From: Vicinamibacterales bacterium
GTDB lineage: Bacteria > Acidobacteriota > Vicinamibacteria > Vicinamibacterales > SCN-69-37
Direction: 5' to 3'
Length of the DNA: 64,000 nt
Assembly: GCA_035547155.1 (NCBI GenBank)
Contig: DASZVJ010000116.1
Span: forward strand, 3,607 to 67,606
Below are positions 37,509 to 45,294 of the stretch, one piece after another (position 1 is the stretch's first letter; the number at the start of each line of letters is the position of its first letter). A program made the position numbers and the translations under genes. The notes under the pieces were generated by a model that saw only the letters and a program-made list of their open reading frames with translations, was not told where the DNA came from and made no database searches.

Positions 37509-37537
37509 AGTAAAAACCGGCGTTTTCAGGCTGTCAA
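37509..37537 (-). promoter_or_regulatory. sigma-70-type promoter of the ATP-grasp operon, apparently leaderless
   Basis: The minus strand reads TTGACA-17 nt-TTTACT-gcgtc-ATG. The -35 is a perfect consensus and the spacing is optimal. The ATG A lies 6 nt after the -10. No Shine-Dalgarno sequence is possible. Confidence 0.5.
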
Positions 37538-37576
37538 GCGACGCAAGTGTTGGGTCCGACAGAAATGTGGAAGCGG

Positions 37577-37606
37577 CTACGGGCGACAGGCGACGGACTA
37601 CGGGCG
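37577..37606. promoter_or_regulatory. direct repeat CTACGGGCGA x2 (20-nt period) upstream of the ATP-grasp promoter
   Basis: The plus strand reads ctacgggcga-caggcgacgga-ctacgggcga. It lies 40-70 nt upstream of the -35 box and could be a regulator-binding site. Confidence 0.3.
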
Positions 37607-37625
37607 ATGACTCGATTTGAACGTG

Positions 37626-39308
37626 CTACTTCGACCCTTCGAATCTCAATTCGTACAGCCGGCCTTCGCCGATTGTTGCGATCAGCACGACGCGGTCGGC
37701 GAAGGCCGCAAAGCGCGCCTCGACCTGCGCGCGCTCGACCGGCGGAATCAGCGACGTGTGCAGGATCACGTGCGTGAAGCCCATGCGCGCGATCGTCTGC
37801 AGGCTGCGCTCGTCGGGAAACGTCGTGAGCTGCCAGAAGGCATCTTGATAGCCCGGCGGCTGAATGCCGCTGTAGCCCTCGAAGATCGGACGGAAGTGCC
37901 CGAGTGAATGAATCATGTAGCGCGAGTTCCGTTCCTCGCGCACGATCAGGCTCTGCGAGTCCGGCAGGGGCAGATCGACGACGGCGACGGGGCCAGGCAG
38001 CGTCGCGACGTAACGATCGACGTCCGGAATCTCCATCGTGTAGTGGATCGGATGGAACGGCGCGACGGCGAACTCCGCGATCAGCAGCGCGCCCGCCACG
38101 CCGGCCAGCCACGACGTCGTCGACGGCGAGAGCCGGCGCGTCAGCCGCTCGAAGCCAACGCCGGCAAGGACGCCGAGCGCAAGCATGCCGACGATGACGA
38201 AACGCGTCGGCACGCGGATGAAGCTCAGGCCCGGCAGCTGGTAAACCCAGCCCCAGAGGCCGAGCGGTGGACCGATCGCGAGCCACAGACACAGCGCCGC
38301 CAGCGCGAGGTACGCCCATGCCCACACTGGCGGGCGCCACGAGGAGCGCCGCCACATGATCATGGCGGCGGCGGCCAGGAGCAGCGGCAGCACACCGGGA
38401 AACAACCACGCATCGGGCGGCTCGGACAGCCACTTCCACGACGGAAGCCGATGCTCGAGCCACGCGTCCACGTACGTCGGCGACGCGACGAAGCTCGACG
38501 TCGCGATGTCCCATCCGTCGAGGCCACGCCGAAGGCCGATTTCGCGCTGCGCGGCACGGTAGGGCAGGAAGATCAGGACCGGCGGTACCAGGAGCAGCAC
38601 GCCGGTGACGCCCACATCGCGCATGCGCCGCATGAACATCAGCGGCGTACGCCGGACGAGCCGATCAGCGATCAGCACGGCGATCGCCAGCAGGCAGAAC
38701 ACACCGCCATGCCCGCTCGTGATCGCTTGCAGCGAGAAGAACGCCATCGCGATCCGCAGATCGCGCGGCCGCCCATCCTCGAAATAGCCGTGGAGGTATG
38801 CCAGGCAGAACGGTATCCACTGGACCGTCGTCAGGTGGAACTGATCGAGGCGCATGAAGCGCGGCGCGGCGAACGCGAAGACGAGGCCGCAGAGAATGGC
38901 CGCGGGTGTGCGCAGGCCGAGTCGACAGGCGAGCAGATACGCGCCGAGGCCGGACAGCGCGATCGAGGCGAAGACGATGACGTTCATCGCCAGCACCGGC
39001 GTGCCGCCGAGCCAGATGATCGGCGCGGCGAGAAGCGCGCTGCCGATCATGTTCTCGGAGTACGCGAGCGTGTGGTGGAACGGATAGAAGATGTTCGCGT
39101 CGAAAATGGACCACGGATGGTGCGTGAACGCGTGGACGTCCCAGCCGAGAATCCAGATCGTCAGGTCGGTATCCGTGCCGGTCGTCAGGACGCCGTTGGC
39201 CAGATATCGCGGGAATGGCCACGTCATCGCGGCCGTCAGCGCCACGAACAACGCGAGGATCGTCCAGACGTGGCGCGGCGCGTGCTGCGCCGGCGAGTGA
39301 TCGGTCAT
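37626..39308 (-). CDS. polytopic membrane protein, GT-C-like
   Basis: 560 aa. The N-terminal ~420 aa are multi-TM, with an early motif ...TGTDTDLTIWILGWDVHAF...IFDANIFYPFHHTLAYSENMIG. A C-terminal soluble domain follows. The family is not named with confidence. Confidence 0.5.
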   Translation of the reverse strand: MTDHSPAQHAPRHVWTILALFVALTAAMTWPFPRYLANGVLTTGTDTDLTIWILGWDVHAFTHHPWSIFDANIFYPFHHTLAYSENMIGSALLAAPIIWLGGTPVLAMNVIVFASIALSGLGAYLLACRLGLRTPAAILCGLVFAFAAPRFMRLDQFHLTTVQWIPFCLAYLHGYFEDGRPRDLRIAMAFFSLQAITSGHGGVFCLLAIAVLIADRLVRRTPLMFMRRMRDVGVTGVLLLVPPVLIFLPYRAAQREIGLRRGLDGWDIATSSFVASPTYVDAWLEHRLPSWKWLSEPPDAWLFPGVLPLLLAAAAMIMWRRSSWRPPVWAWAYLALAALCLWLAIGPPLGLWGWVYQLPGLSFIRVPTRFVIVGMLALGVLAGVGFERLTRRLSPSTTSWLAGVAGALLIAEFAVAPFHPIHYTMEIPDVDRYVATLPGPVAVVDLPLPDSQSLIVREERNSRYMIHSLGHFRPIFEGYSGIQPPGYQDAFWQLTTFPDERSLQTIARMGFTHVILHTSLIPPVERAQVEARFAAFADRVVLIATIGEGRLYELRFEGSK

Positions 39309-39359
39309 CCGCTAGTACTTTAGAACGTGTTTCGTTCGGCGGGCCGAATCTTCAGTTGT

Positions 39360-39385
39360 CGCCGGCGTGCTTCAGGCCGCCGGCG
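39360..39385 (-). terminator. hairpin downstream of the DUF4149 gene
   Basis: cgccggcg-(t)gc-ttcag-gc-cgccggcg gives about 8+2 bp with one bulge. It begins 13 nt after the stop at 39398. Confidence 0.4.
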
Positions 39386-39397
39386 TCGACGAAGCGA

Positions 39398-39892
39398 CTA
39401 GTGCTGATCCGCCGCCTCGGACCACAGCAGGCCGAGGCCGGCGACGATCGTCAGGAGCATCAATCCGTTGGAGGCGCCGTGCAGGCGGCCGAAGAGCACG
39501 CGTCGCGCGTCCGTGTCGGGCAGGCTTGCGACGGGGCCTTTGACGCCGTCGCGGATCGACTCGATGCGCGGCGCAATCGCGAACACCGTCACCGCGCCGA
39601 TCACCAGGAGACCGAGCACGGTCCAGAGACGAAGCTTGAAGTGGCGCGGGCGCGGGCCGATGGCCGCGCGCGCGCCGAGCGAGGCGCCGACGACGGCCGC
39701 GAGCGCGAGCGCGACGTACTGAAATCGCTCGAAGACGGCGCCGAAGACGAGGCCGGCGACCTCGCGGCCGTGGACCGCGTCGCGCAACTCGAGCACCGAG
39801 AAGATCGTCGGCGCGCCGACTGCCCCCAAAGCGACGAGGCCGCCAATCCATAGCGCCAGGGCCGCGATCGCGACGTACCGCAACAGCGTCAT
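39398..39892 (-). CDS. DUF4149 (TMEM205-like) membrane protein
   Basis: 164 aa with four TM helices. MTLLRYVAIAALALWIGGLVALGAVGAPTIF...FERFQYVALALA is typical of DUF4149. Confidence 0.6.
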   Translation of the reverse strand: MTLLRYVAIAALALWIGGLVALGAVGAPTIFSVLELRDAVHGREVAGLVFGAVFERFQYVALALAAVVGASLGARAAIGPRPRHFKLRLWTVLGLLVIGAVTVFAIAPRIESIRDGVKGPVASLPDTDARRVLFGRLHGASNGLMLLTIVAGLGLLWSEAADQH

Positions 39893-39923
39893 CGCGGCGA
39901 TTATCCCCGAAAACGCCGCGTCC

Positions 39924-41522
39924 TCACGCGGCCGATCCCGTGAACTCTTCGTAGGTGCCCTTGAAGTCCTCGATGCCGTCTGCGCCGAAGTGCCAGATCC
40001 GCGTGCCGACTTCCTCGATCAGATCCTGGTCGTGCGTGACGAGCAGCACCGTGCCCTCGAACTTCTGCAGCGCGACGTTGAGCGCGTTGATCGACTCGAG
40101 GTCGAGATGGTTCGTCGGCTCGTCGAACACGAGGACGTTCGGCTTCTGCAGCATGATGCGGCAGAAGAGCAGCCGCGCGGTCTCGCCGCCCGACAGCGCC
40201 TCCGTCGGCTTCAGCCCCTCCTCGCCGGTGAAGAGCATCTGGCCGAGCAGGCCGTGAATGTCCTGCCGCGACGCGTCGGGATCGAACTGGTGCAGCCAAT
40301 CGGCTGCCGTCCAGCCTTTCTCGATCGCACCGGTGTGATCCTGCGCGAAGTAGCCGATCGAGACTTCGTGGCCCCACCGCACCTGTCCGGCGTCGACGTC
40401 GCCGGCGTTGGTCTTCAACCCCGGCGCGTCCGCCAGCAGCGCCTTGAGCAGCGTCGTCTTGCCGACGCCGTTGCGGCCGACGAGCACGACACGCTCGCCG
40501 CGCGTCACGACGGCACCGAAGCCGTCGATGACCTGTTGCGATCCGAACGCCTTCGACACGCCGGAGCACTCGAGCGCGACCTTGCCCGACGGGCGGTTCA
40601 TCGTGAAGCGGATGTACGGCCGCTGGATGTTCGATCGCGCCAGCTCGGTCGTCTGCAGCCGTTCGACTTCCTTGCGGCGCGACTGCACCTGGCTCGACCG
40701 CGTGCCCGCGGAGAACCGCGCGATGAAGTCGTTCAACTGCGCGATCTTCTTCTCGCGCTGCGCGTTCTGCGTTTCGATCGTCGCGCGGATCTGCGTCTTG
40801 GCCACGACCATCTCGTCGTAGCCGCCGGTGTAGGTGATGATCGTCTGATAGTCGATGTCGGCGGTGTGCGTGCAGACGGCGTTGAGGAAGTGCCGATCGT
40901 GCGAGATGACGATCAGCGTGCCGTCGTAGCGGACGAGAAAATCCTGCAGCCAGTGGATCGAGTCGAGGTCGAGATGGTTCGTCGGCTCGTCGAGCAGCAG
41001 CGCTTCGGGCCGGCCGAACAGCGCCTGCGCCAGCAGCACGCGCACCTTCTGTCCGCCCTGCAGCTCGGCCATGCGCCGCTCGTGCAGCGCGTCGGCGATG
41101 TCGAGGCCCTGCAGCAGGATCGCGGCGTCGCTCTCGGCGCTGTAGCCATCTTCTTCGCCGACGAGGCCCTCCAGCTCGCCGAGGCGCATGCCGTCGGCGT
41201 CGGTCAGCGACGCTTTGGCGTAGAGCACCTCACGCTCCTGCAGCGCCTGCCACAGGCGCGTGTTGCCCATGATGACGGTGTCGACGACGCGGTGTTCGTC
41301 GAAGGCGAACTGATCCTGTCTGAGAACGCCGATCTTCGCGGGCCGGGTGACCGTGCCTTTCTGCGGCGGCAGCTCGCCCGTGAGCAACTTCATGAACGTG
41401 GTCTTGCCCGCGCCGTTCGGCCCGGTCAATCCATAGCGGCGCCCCGCCGAGAACGTCGTCGTGACGTCCTCGAAGAGGATCTTGCCACCGTACCGCATCG
41501 AGACACCTTGGACGGAGATCAT
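39924..41522 (-). CDS. ABC-F family ATPase (YbiT/Uup-like)
   Basis: 532 aa with no TM segments. It has two Walker A motifs (GPNGAGKTT, GRNGVGKTT), two signatures (LQGGQKVRV, LSGGETARL) and an inter-domain linker. Confidence 0.9.
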   Translation of the reverse strand: MISVQGVSMRYGGKILFEDVTTTFSAGRRYGLTGPNGAGKTTFMKLLTGELPPQKGTVTRPAKIGVLRQDQFAFDEHRVVDTVIMGNTRLWQALQEREVLYAKASLTDADGMRLGELEGLVGEEDGYSAESDAAILLQGLDIADALHERRMAELQGGQKVRVLLAQALFGRPEALLLDEPTNHLDLDSIHWLQDFLVRYDGTLIVISHDRHFLNAVCTHTADIDYQTIITYTGGYDEMVVAKTQIRATIETQNAQREKKIAQLNDFIARFSAGTRSSQVQSRRKEVERLQTTELARSNIQRPYIRFTMNRPSGKVALECSGVSKAFGSQQVIDGFGAVVTRGERVVLVGRNGVGKTTLLKALLADAPGLKTNAGDVDAGQVRWGHEVSIGYFAQDHTGAIEKGWTAADWLHQFDPDASRQDIHGLLGQMLFTGEEGLKPTEALSGGETARLLFCRIMLQKPNVLVFDEPTNHLDLESINALNVALQKFEGTVLLVTHDQDLIEEVGTRIWHFGADGIEDFKGTYEEFTGSAA

Positions 41523-41574
41523 GCGATCAAGAAAAGTTGGAAGTCAGAAGCCAAAAGCCAGAGGTTACGAACGT

Positions 41575-41593
41575 GCCGGACCCGAAGCCCGGC
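41575..41593. repeat. REP-like palindrome, diverged copy (gccggacccgaagcccggc)
   Basis: It matches the 45265..45284 element apart from a 1-nt deletion and about 2 substitutions. It begins at the base adjacent to the stop codon (41594-41596) of the 41594..41983 gene and may act as a terminator. Confidence 0.5.
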
Positions 41594-41983
41594 TCACATC
41601 AAACTGCGGCGCTCGATCGTGAGATAGAGCGGTGCGACGCCCATCAGCGCGAGAAAGCCGATCGTCAGGCGGCCGGCGCGGTTGATGAGCACGAACTCGA
41701 GGTGCTCGCCGGGCTCGACCGCGAACGAGACTTTCTTCCAGAACAGCGTGTTGTTCGCGCGCAGCACGTGCATGCCCGGTTTCACTTCGAACGTCACCGT
41801 CTGGCCGAACATCAATGTTGCCGTCGGACCACCGTCGATCCGGACGACGACCTGACGCTGGCGGACATCTTCGTCGTGCTGGCGGCTGATCGTCACGAAC
41901 GTGCGGAGATCGTTCGTCTCCGGTTCCGCACGTTCAGGGGCTCGAGCCGGCACATCCGGCGTCTGTTGCGCGAGACGAGCCAC
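41594..41983 (-). CDS. hypothetical small protein with a C-terminal TM anchor
   Basis: 129 aa. It has a beta-rich middle section (VVVRIDGGPTATLMFGQTVTFEVKPGMHVLRANN) and a hydrophobic C-terminus. It is tightly packed behind the two upstream genes. Confidence 0.5.
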   Translation of the reverse strand: MARLAQQTPDVPARAPERAEPETNDLRTFVTISRQHDEDVRQRQVVVRIDGGPTATLMFGQTVTFEVKPGMHVLRANNTLFWKKVSFAVEPGEHLEFVLINRAGRLTIGFLALMGVAPLYLTIERRSLM

Positions 41984-41992
41984 CCGACGATT

Positions 41993-43015
41993 TTACCAAA
42001 GACGCCCCTGGGCGCCGGACCTCGTCGACCGCACGTACTGCGCGCTCGCCAGCTCACCCTGGAAGAACACGACCTCCGAGGCCATGAACGCGAGCTTCGC
42101 ACAGATACGCGCGACGAGGTAGACCTGACCCGCGAGCAGCGTCTGCCACAGCGGCGCGCTCGCGGCGGGAACGATCTGCAGCCAGAGCCGTGCGAGGACG
42201 AGCAGGCCGACGACGTTGACGAGATAGAGGCCGGCACAGCGGGCGGCGCGTTGGCGGATGAAGCGCACGGCCGCGCCGATCGACACCAGCGCGCTGTGAC
42301 GATCCTCGACGACCATCCGCACTTTCGTGAGGTCCGCGACGAGATTGATCGCGGCGAGCGTGGCGATGACGATCGCATACAGGACGCCGCGCCATACGAG
42401 GAGCCAGGGCTCGGCGGTGACGCCTCGTGAGAGCCACATCCACAGCGTGCCGAAGAGCCATGGCTCGAGCCAGCGGAACACGAGCCAGTACGCTGCGCCC
42501 ACGACCACGGCCAGGCGTACGAATCGCAGCGCAAAGACGCTGCACATCGTCAGGAATGTGCGCGATCGAACCGGCGTCGCGCAGGCGTAGCGATGGAGCA
42601 GGCCGCCCGACAGGAAGATCCAGAGCGCGACGTACGTGGCGAGCGCGGCGACGATCGGCCGCGGCCACGGCGCCGCGTCGATCAGATGCGCGAGCGTGGC
42701 GATCGTGCCGCCGAAGCCGAGGATCTCGACTGTGAGCGTGGAAGCCGGGCCGCGCGAGCCGGACGCGAATTCCGCCGCCCACTGCGCGTCCCAGCCGTTC
42801 GCGATCCGATCGGCGGTGAGACTCGACGCGACCTGCGTCTCGACCTGCCGCTCGACGACGAGGGCGAGCGGCGCGGCGATCACTCCGGTCAGCAGCCAGA
42901 TCGCAAGCGCGATCGCCGGCGCGCGGACGACGCGACGCCAGCCCTCGACGAACGCGCCGATGACGGTGGCATGCGGCCGGCGCGGCGGTTTTGGCGCGTC
43001 AGGCGAAGAAGGCAT
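41993..43015 (-). CDS. hypothetical polytopic membrane protein
   Basis: 340 aa with about 7 hydrophobic segments. It overlaps the end of the upstream gene by 17 nt. I recognise no family. Confidence 0.5.
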   Translation of the reverse strand: MPSSPDAPKPPRRPHATVIGAFVEGWRRVVRAPAIALAIWLLTGVIAAPLALVVERQVETQVASSLTADRIANGWDAQWAAEFASGSRGPASTLTVEILGFGGTIATLAHLIDAAPWPRPIVAALATYVALWIFLSGGLLHRYACATPVRSRTFLTMCSVFALRFVRLAVVVGAAYWLVFRWLEPWLFGTLWMWLSRGVTAEPWLLVWRGVLYAIVIATLAAINLVADLTKVRMVVEDRHSALVSIGAAVRFIRQRAARCAGLYLVNVVGLLVLARLWLQIVPAASAPLWQTLLAGQVYLVARICAKLAFMASEVVFFQGELASAQYVRSTRSGAQGRLW

Positions 43016-44219
43016 AGTCCATCAGCGCGTGCTGAAACCAGACGAGCCAGCGCAGCGACCACGCGCGCGCGGCGTGTGCGCCGTGCGAGTGCGCCGACCA
43101 CGAGTTGTTCGTGCGGTGGACGTCGAGGCGCAGCACGCGATCCGGATCGATCTCGACGGCGGCGATCGCCGGCGCGCGCGCGTACTCGAACGTGCGTTGC
43201 TCGTCGCGGCCGTCCCAGTGCTCGACGCGCGATGATCCGTCGTCGAATGTGACGCGCACGTCGACGGGAAACACGCCCGGGGAGAGATGGCGAACGACGG
43301 CCGACGTGCCGGCACCGGCCGGCGGCATGTCGACGGCGTAGTCGAACGCGACGTCGTGTCGTCGCGTCGCGTCGAAGAACGACGTCAGATCCCGGCCGGC
43401 GATCTCACCTGCGGTCGCCTCGAAGTCGGCGCGGGCCGACGACGTGCGCGTTTGACGCGCGACAGCCGCGCGCAGAATCCGGTCCATCGTTTCCGTGCCG
43501 ACGACGCGTTCGAGTGTGGCGAGCGCGAGGACGTCGTGCGCGCGGCCGGTGTCGGCTGCGGCCGCGGCTGGATCGAGAGCGACATCCACCATGTCGCCAT
43601 CGACGTCTTTCGTCCACGGCGCGTCGCTGTACGGCCACGTCACGAGACCGCGGAAGTAGCGGCGCGTGTGCGCGAAGCGGCCAGGCAATGCGTCCGCGAA
43701 CACGCGCGCGGCCGTGAACGCCGCGAGCGCCTCACGGAGCCGCCATTCTTCGTCATCCATCGACGACTGCACGCGCCAGTAGATTCGTCCGATTCCTTGC
43801 ACGACTGCCATTTCCGGCTCCGCGGTCGTCCATGGCGAGAACCAGTGAGCGCTGGCGACGATGATGGGTGTCTGTTCTTGATGGAGGGGCGGACCTTCAG
43901 GTCCGCCCCTCCGAGAAATAACCGGATCGACGATCGTCAACGTCGTCGAGGGAAACGGGCCGAGCAGCTGGCCGTATCCAGCGAGCGCGGCTTTGGCGGC
44001 GCTGAAATAGCGATCCGCCTGATCGACATGATCGGCCTGGACGAGCAGACGCAGATGCACGGCTGTCCCGCCAGGCGCCGTGAAGACGTCGGTTCGTTCG
44101 ACGGACGCCGGGCCCGCCAGCGCCGGCAAGTCGTCATTTTTGCGGCCGTTCTGACGGGCAGTCGCCGCGACCGAAATCGCCACCAGGGCAAACAGAGTCA
44201 GGACGGACGTCAGACGCAT
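42999..44219 (-). CDS. secreted M1-peptidase-like protein with a degenerate zinc motif (putative pseudo-peptidase)
   Basis: 406 aa with the signal MRLTSVLTLFALVAISVAATA. The segment YGQLLGPFPSTTLTIVDP...EMAVVQGIGRIYWRVQSSMDDEEWRLREALAAF aligns by eye with the M1 pattern yGpyPy..ltvVd...tiHEfgHqWwy....NE.eeaWlDEGf. HExxH is replaced by QGxxR. Confidence 0.45.
   Translation of the reverse strand: MRLTSVLTLFALVAISVAATARQNGRKNDDLPALAGPASVERTDVFTAPGGTAVHLRLLVQADHVDQADRYFSAAKAALAGYGQLLGPFPSTTLTIVDPVISRRGGPEGPPLHQEQTPIIVASAHWFSPWTTAEPEMAVVQGIGRIYWRVQSSMDDEEWRLREALAAFTAARVFADALPGRFAHTRRYFRGLVTWPYSDAPWTKDVDGDMVDVALDPAAAAADTGRAHDVLALATLERVVGTETMDRILRAAVARQTRTSSARADFEATAGEIAGRDLTSFFDATRRHDVAFDYAVDMPPAGAGTSAVVRHLSPGVFPVDVRVTFDDGSSRVEHWDGRDEQRTFEYARAPAIAAVEIDPDRVLRLDVHRTNNSWSAHSHGAHAARAWSLRWLVWFQHALMDYAFFA
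43883..43912. repeat. 30-nt perfect palindrome (REP-like) inside the coding sequence
   Basis: ggaggggcggacc-ttca-ggtccgcccctcc has 13-nt arms. Its 16-nt core cggaccttcaggtccg is identical to the intergenic copy at 45267..45282. It is read as RRGGPEGPPL in the host ORF. Confidence 0.8.
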
Positions 44220-44268
44220 GGGCGCGGCCGACCGATCCTACAATTGAATTCCTTTCGGGAGCGTCGCG

Positions 44269-45264
44269 GTGCGTATCAAGGTTCTGCACGTCGGGCTCGG
44301 TCCCATCGGCGCGGCCATCGCCGCCCAGGTGTCACGACGCGAGCGGCTCGTGATCGCGGGTGCCGTCGATCTCGATCCGTCGATGACGGGATGCGATCTG
44401 GGAAAAGTCATCCGTTCGCGCCGGCGATTCGACGTGGCGGTCAGCGCGGATCTCGCCGGCACGCTCAAGGCCGTCCGTCCAGATGTCGCCGTCGTCTCGA
44501 CTTCTTCGTCGTTGCGCGCGGCGGTGCCTGTGTTCGAGACGATCCTCAAAGCCAAGGTGCCGATCGTCTCGACGACCGAAGAGCTCGCGTTTCCCGTGAA
44601 GACGCATGCTGCCGAAGCGAAGCGCATTGACGCTCTCGCTAAACGCGCGCGCGTCGCGGTGCTCGGCACGGGCGTCAACCCCGGATTCGTGATGGACGCG
44701 CTGCCGATTGCGTTGACGGCGGTGTGCGCGGACGTCACGGCGATCGAGGTCGATCGCGTGCAGGACGCGCGCATCCGGCGCGTGCCGTTTCAGCAGAAGA
44801 TTGGCGCAGGGTTGTCGCCGGACGAGTTTGCGTCGCGCGTCAAAGCCGGCACGATCGGTCACGTCGGCATGGCCGAGTCGATCGCGATGATTGCCGAAGC
44901 ACTGGACTGGAAGCTCGATCGCGTGACGGGCGAGCTGAAGCCGAAGATCGCGGACGAGCCGATCGCTGGAGGAGCCGTGCCGATCGAGCGCGGTGCGGTT
45001 GCCGGCATCGTGCAGGACGCGATCGGCTATCGCAAAGGCAAGGCGCTTGTGACGCTGCACCTCGAGGCGTATCTCGGCGCGCCGGATCCGTATGACGCCG
45101 TGCGCATCGCGGGTACGCCGCCGATCTCGATGCGCATCGCCGGCGGCGTTCATGGCGACATCGCGACGGCATCGATCGTCGTCAACGCGATCCCGCGCAT
45201 CCTGCAAGCCCCGCCCGGCCTGCGGACGATGCGTGACATGGTTCTGCCGTCGTTTGAGAGGTAG
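44269..45264 (+). CDS. NAD(P)-binding DapB-like oxidoreductase (2,4-diaminopentanoate dehydrogenase-like family)
   Basis: 331 aa with a GTG start. (M)RIKVLHVGLGPIGAAIA is a Rossmann motif. ...VLGTGVNPGFVMD... and ...IGHVGMAESIAMIA... are typical of this DapB-related family. Confidence 0.6.
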   Translation: MRIKVLHVGLGPIGAAIAAQVSRRERLVIAGAVDLDPSMTGCDLGKVIRSRRRFDVAVSADLAGTLKAVRPDVAVVSTSSSLRAAVPVFETILKAKVPIVSTTEELAFPVKTHAAEAKRIDALAKRARVAVLGTGVNPGFVMDALPIALTAVCADVTAIEVDRVQDARIRRVPFQQKIGAGLSPDEFASRVKAGTIGHVGMAESIAMIAEALDWKLDRVTGELKPKIADEPIAGGAVPIERGAVAGIVQDAIGYRKGKALVTLHLEAYLGAPDPYDAVRIAGTPPISMRIAGGVHGDIATASIVVNAIPRILQAPPGLRTMRDMVLPSFER

Positions 45265-45284
45265 GCCGGACCTTCAGGTCCGGC
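45265..45284. terminator. REP-like palindrome between convergent genes (probable bidirectional terminator)
   Basis: gccggacc-ttca-ggtccggc forms an 8-bp stem. It starts 1 nt after the TAG of the 44269..45264 gene and ends 11 nt before the stop of cobA/hemD. Confidence 0.55.
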
Positions 45285-45294
45285 GTCCACGCGC

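Noticed and set aside
39360-39385. This hairpin considered as a fourth copy of the REP-like palindrome, because its loop contains cttcagg.
   Set aside because: The stems are unrelated (GCCGGCG versus GCCGGACC) and the GGACC/GGTCC core is absent. I kept it only as a candidate terminator.
41536-41575. A possible third, diverged GGTTC-type array. The minus strand reads ...ctggcttttggcttctgacttcc... upstream of the ABC-F gene.
   Set aside because: It shares only a TTCTGA-like core and a loose periodicity. It is too short and too diverged to support by eye.
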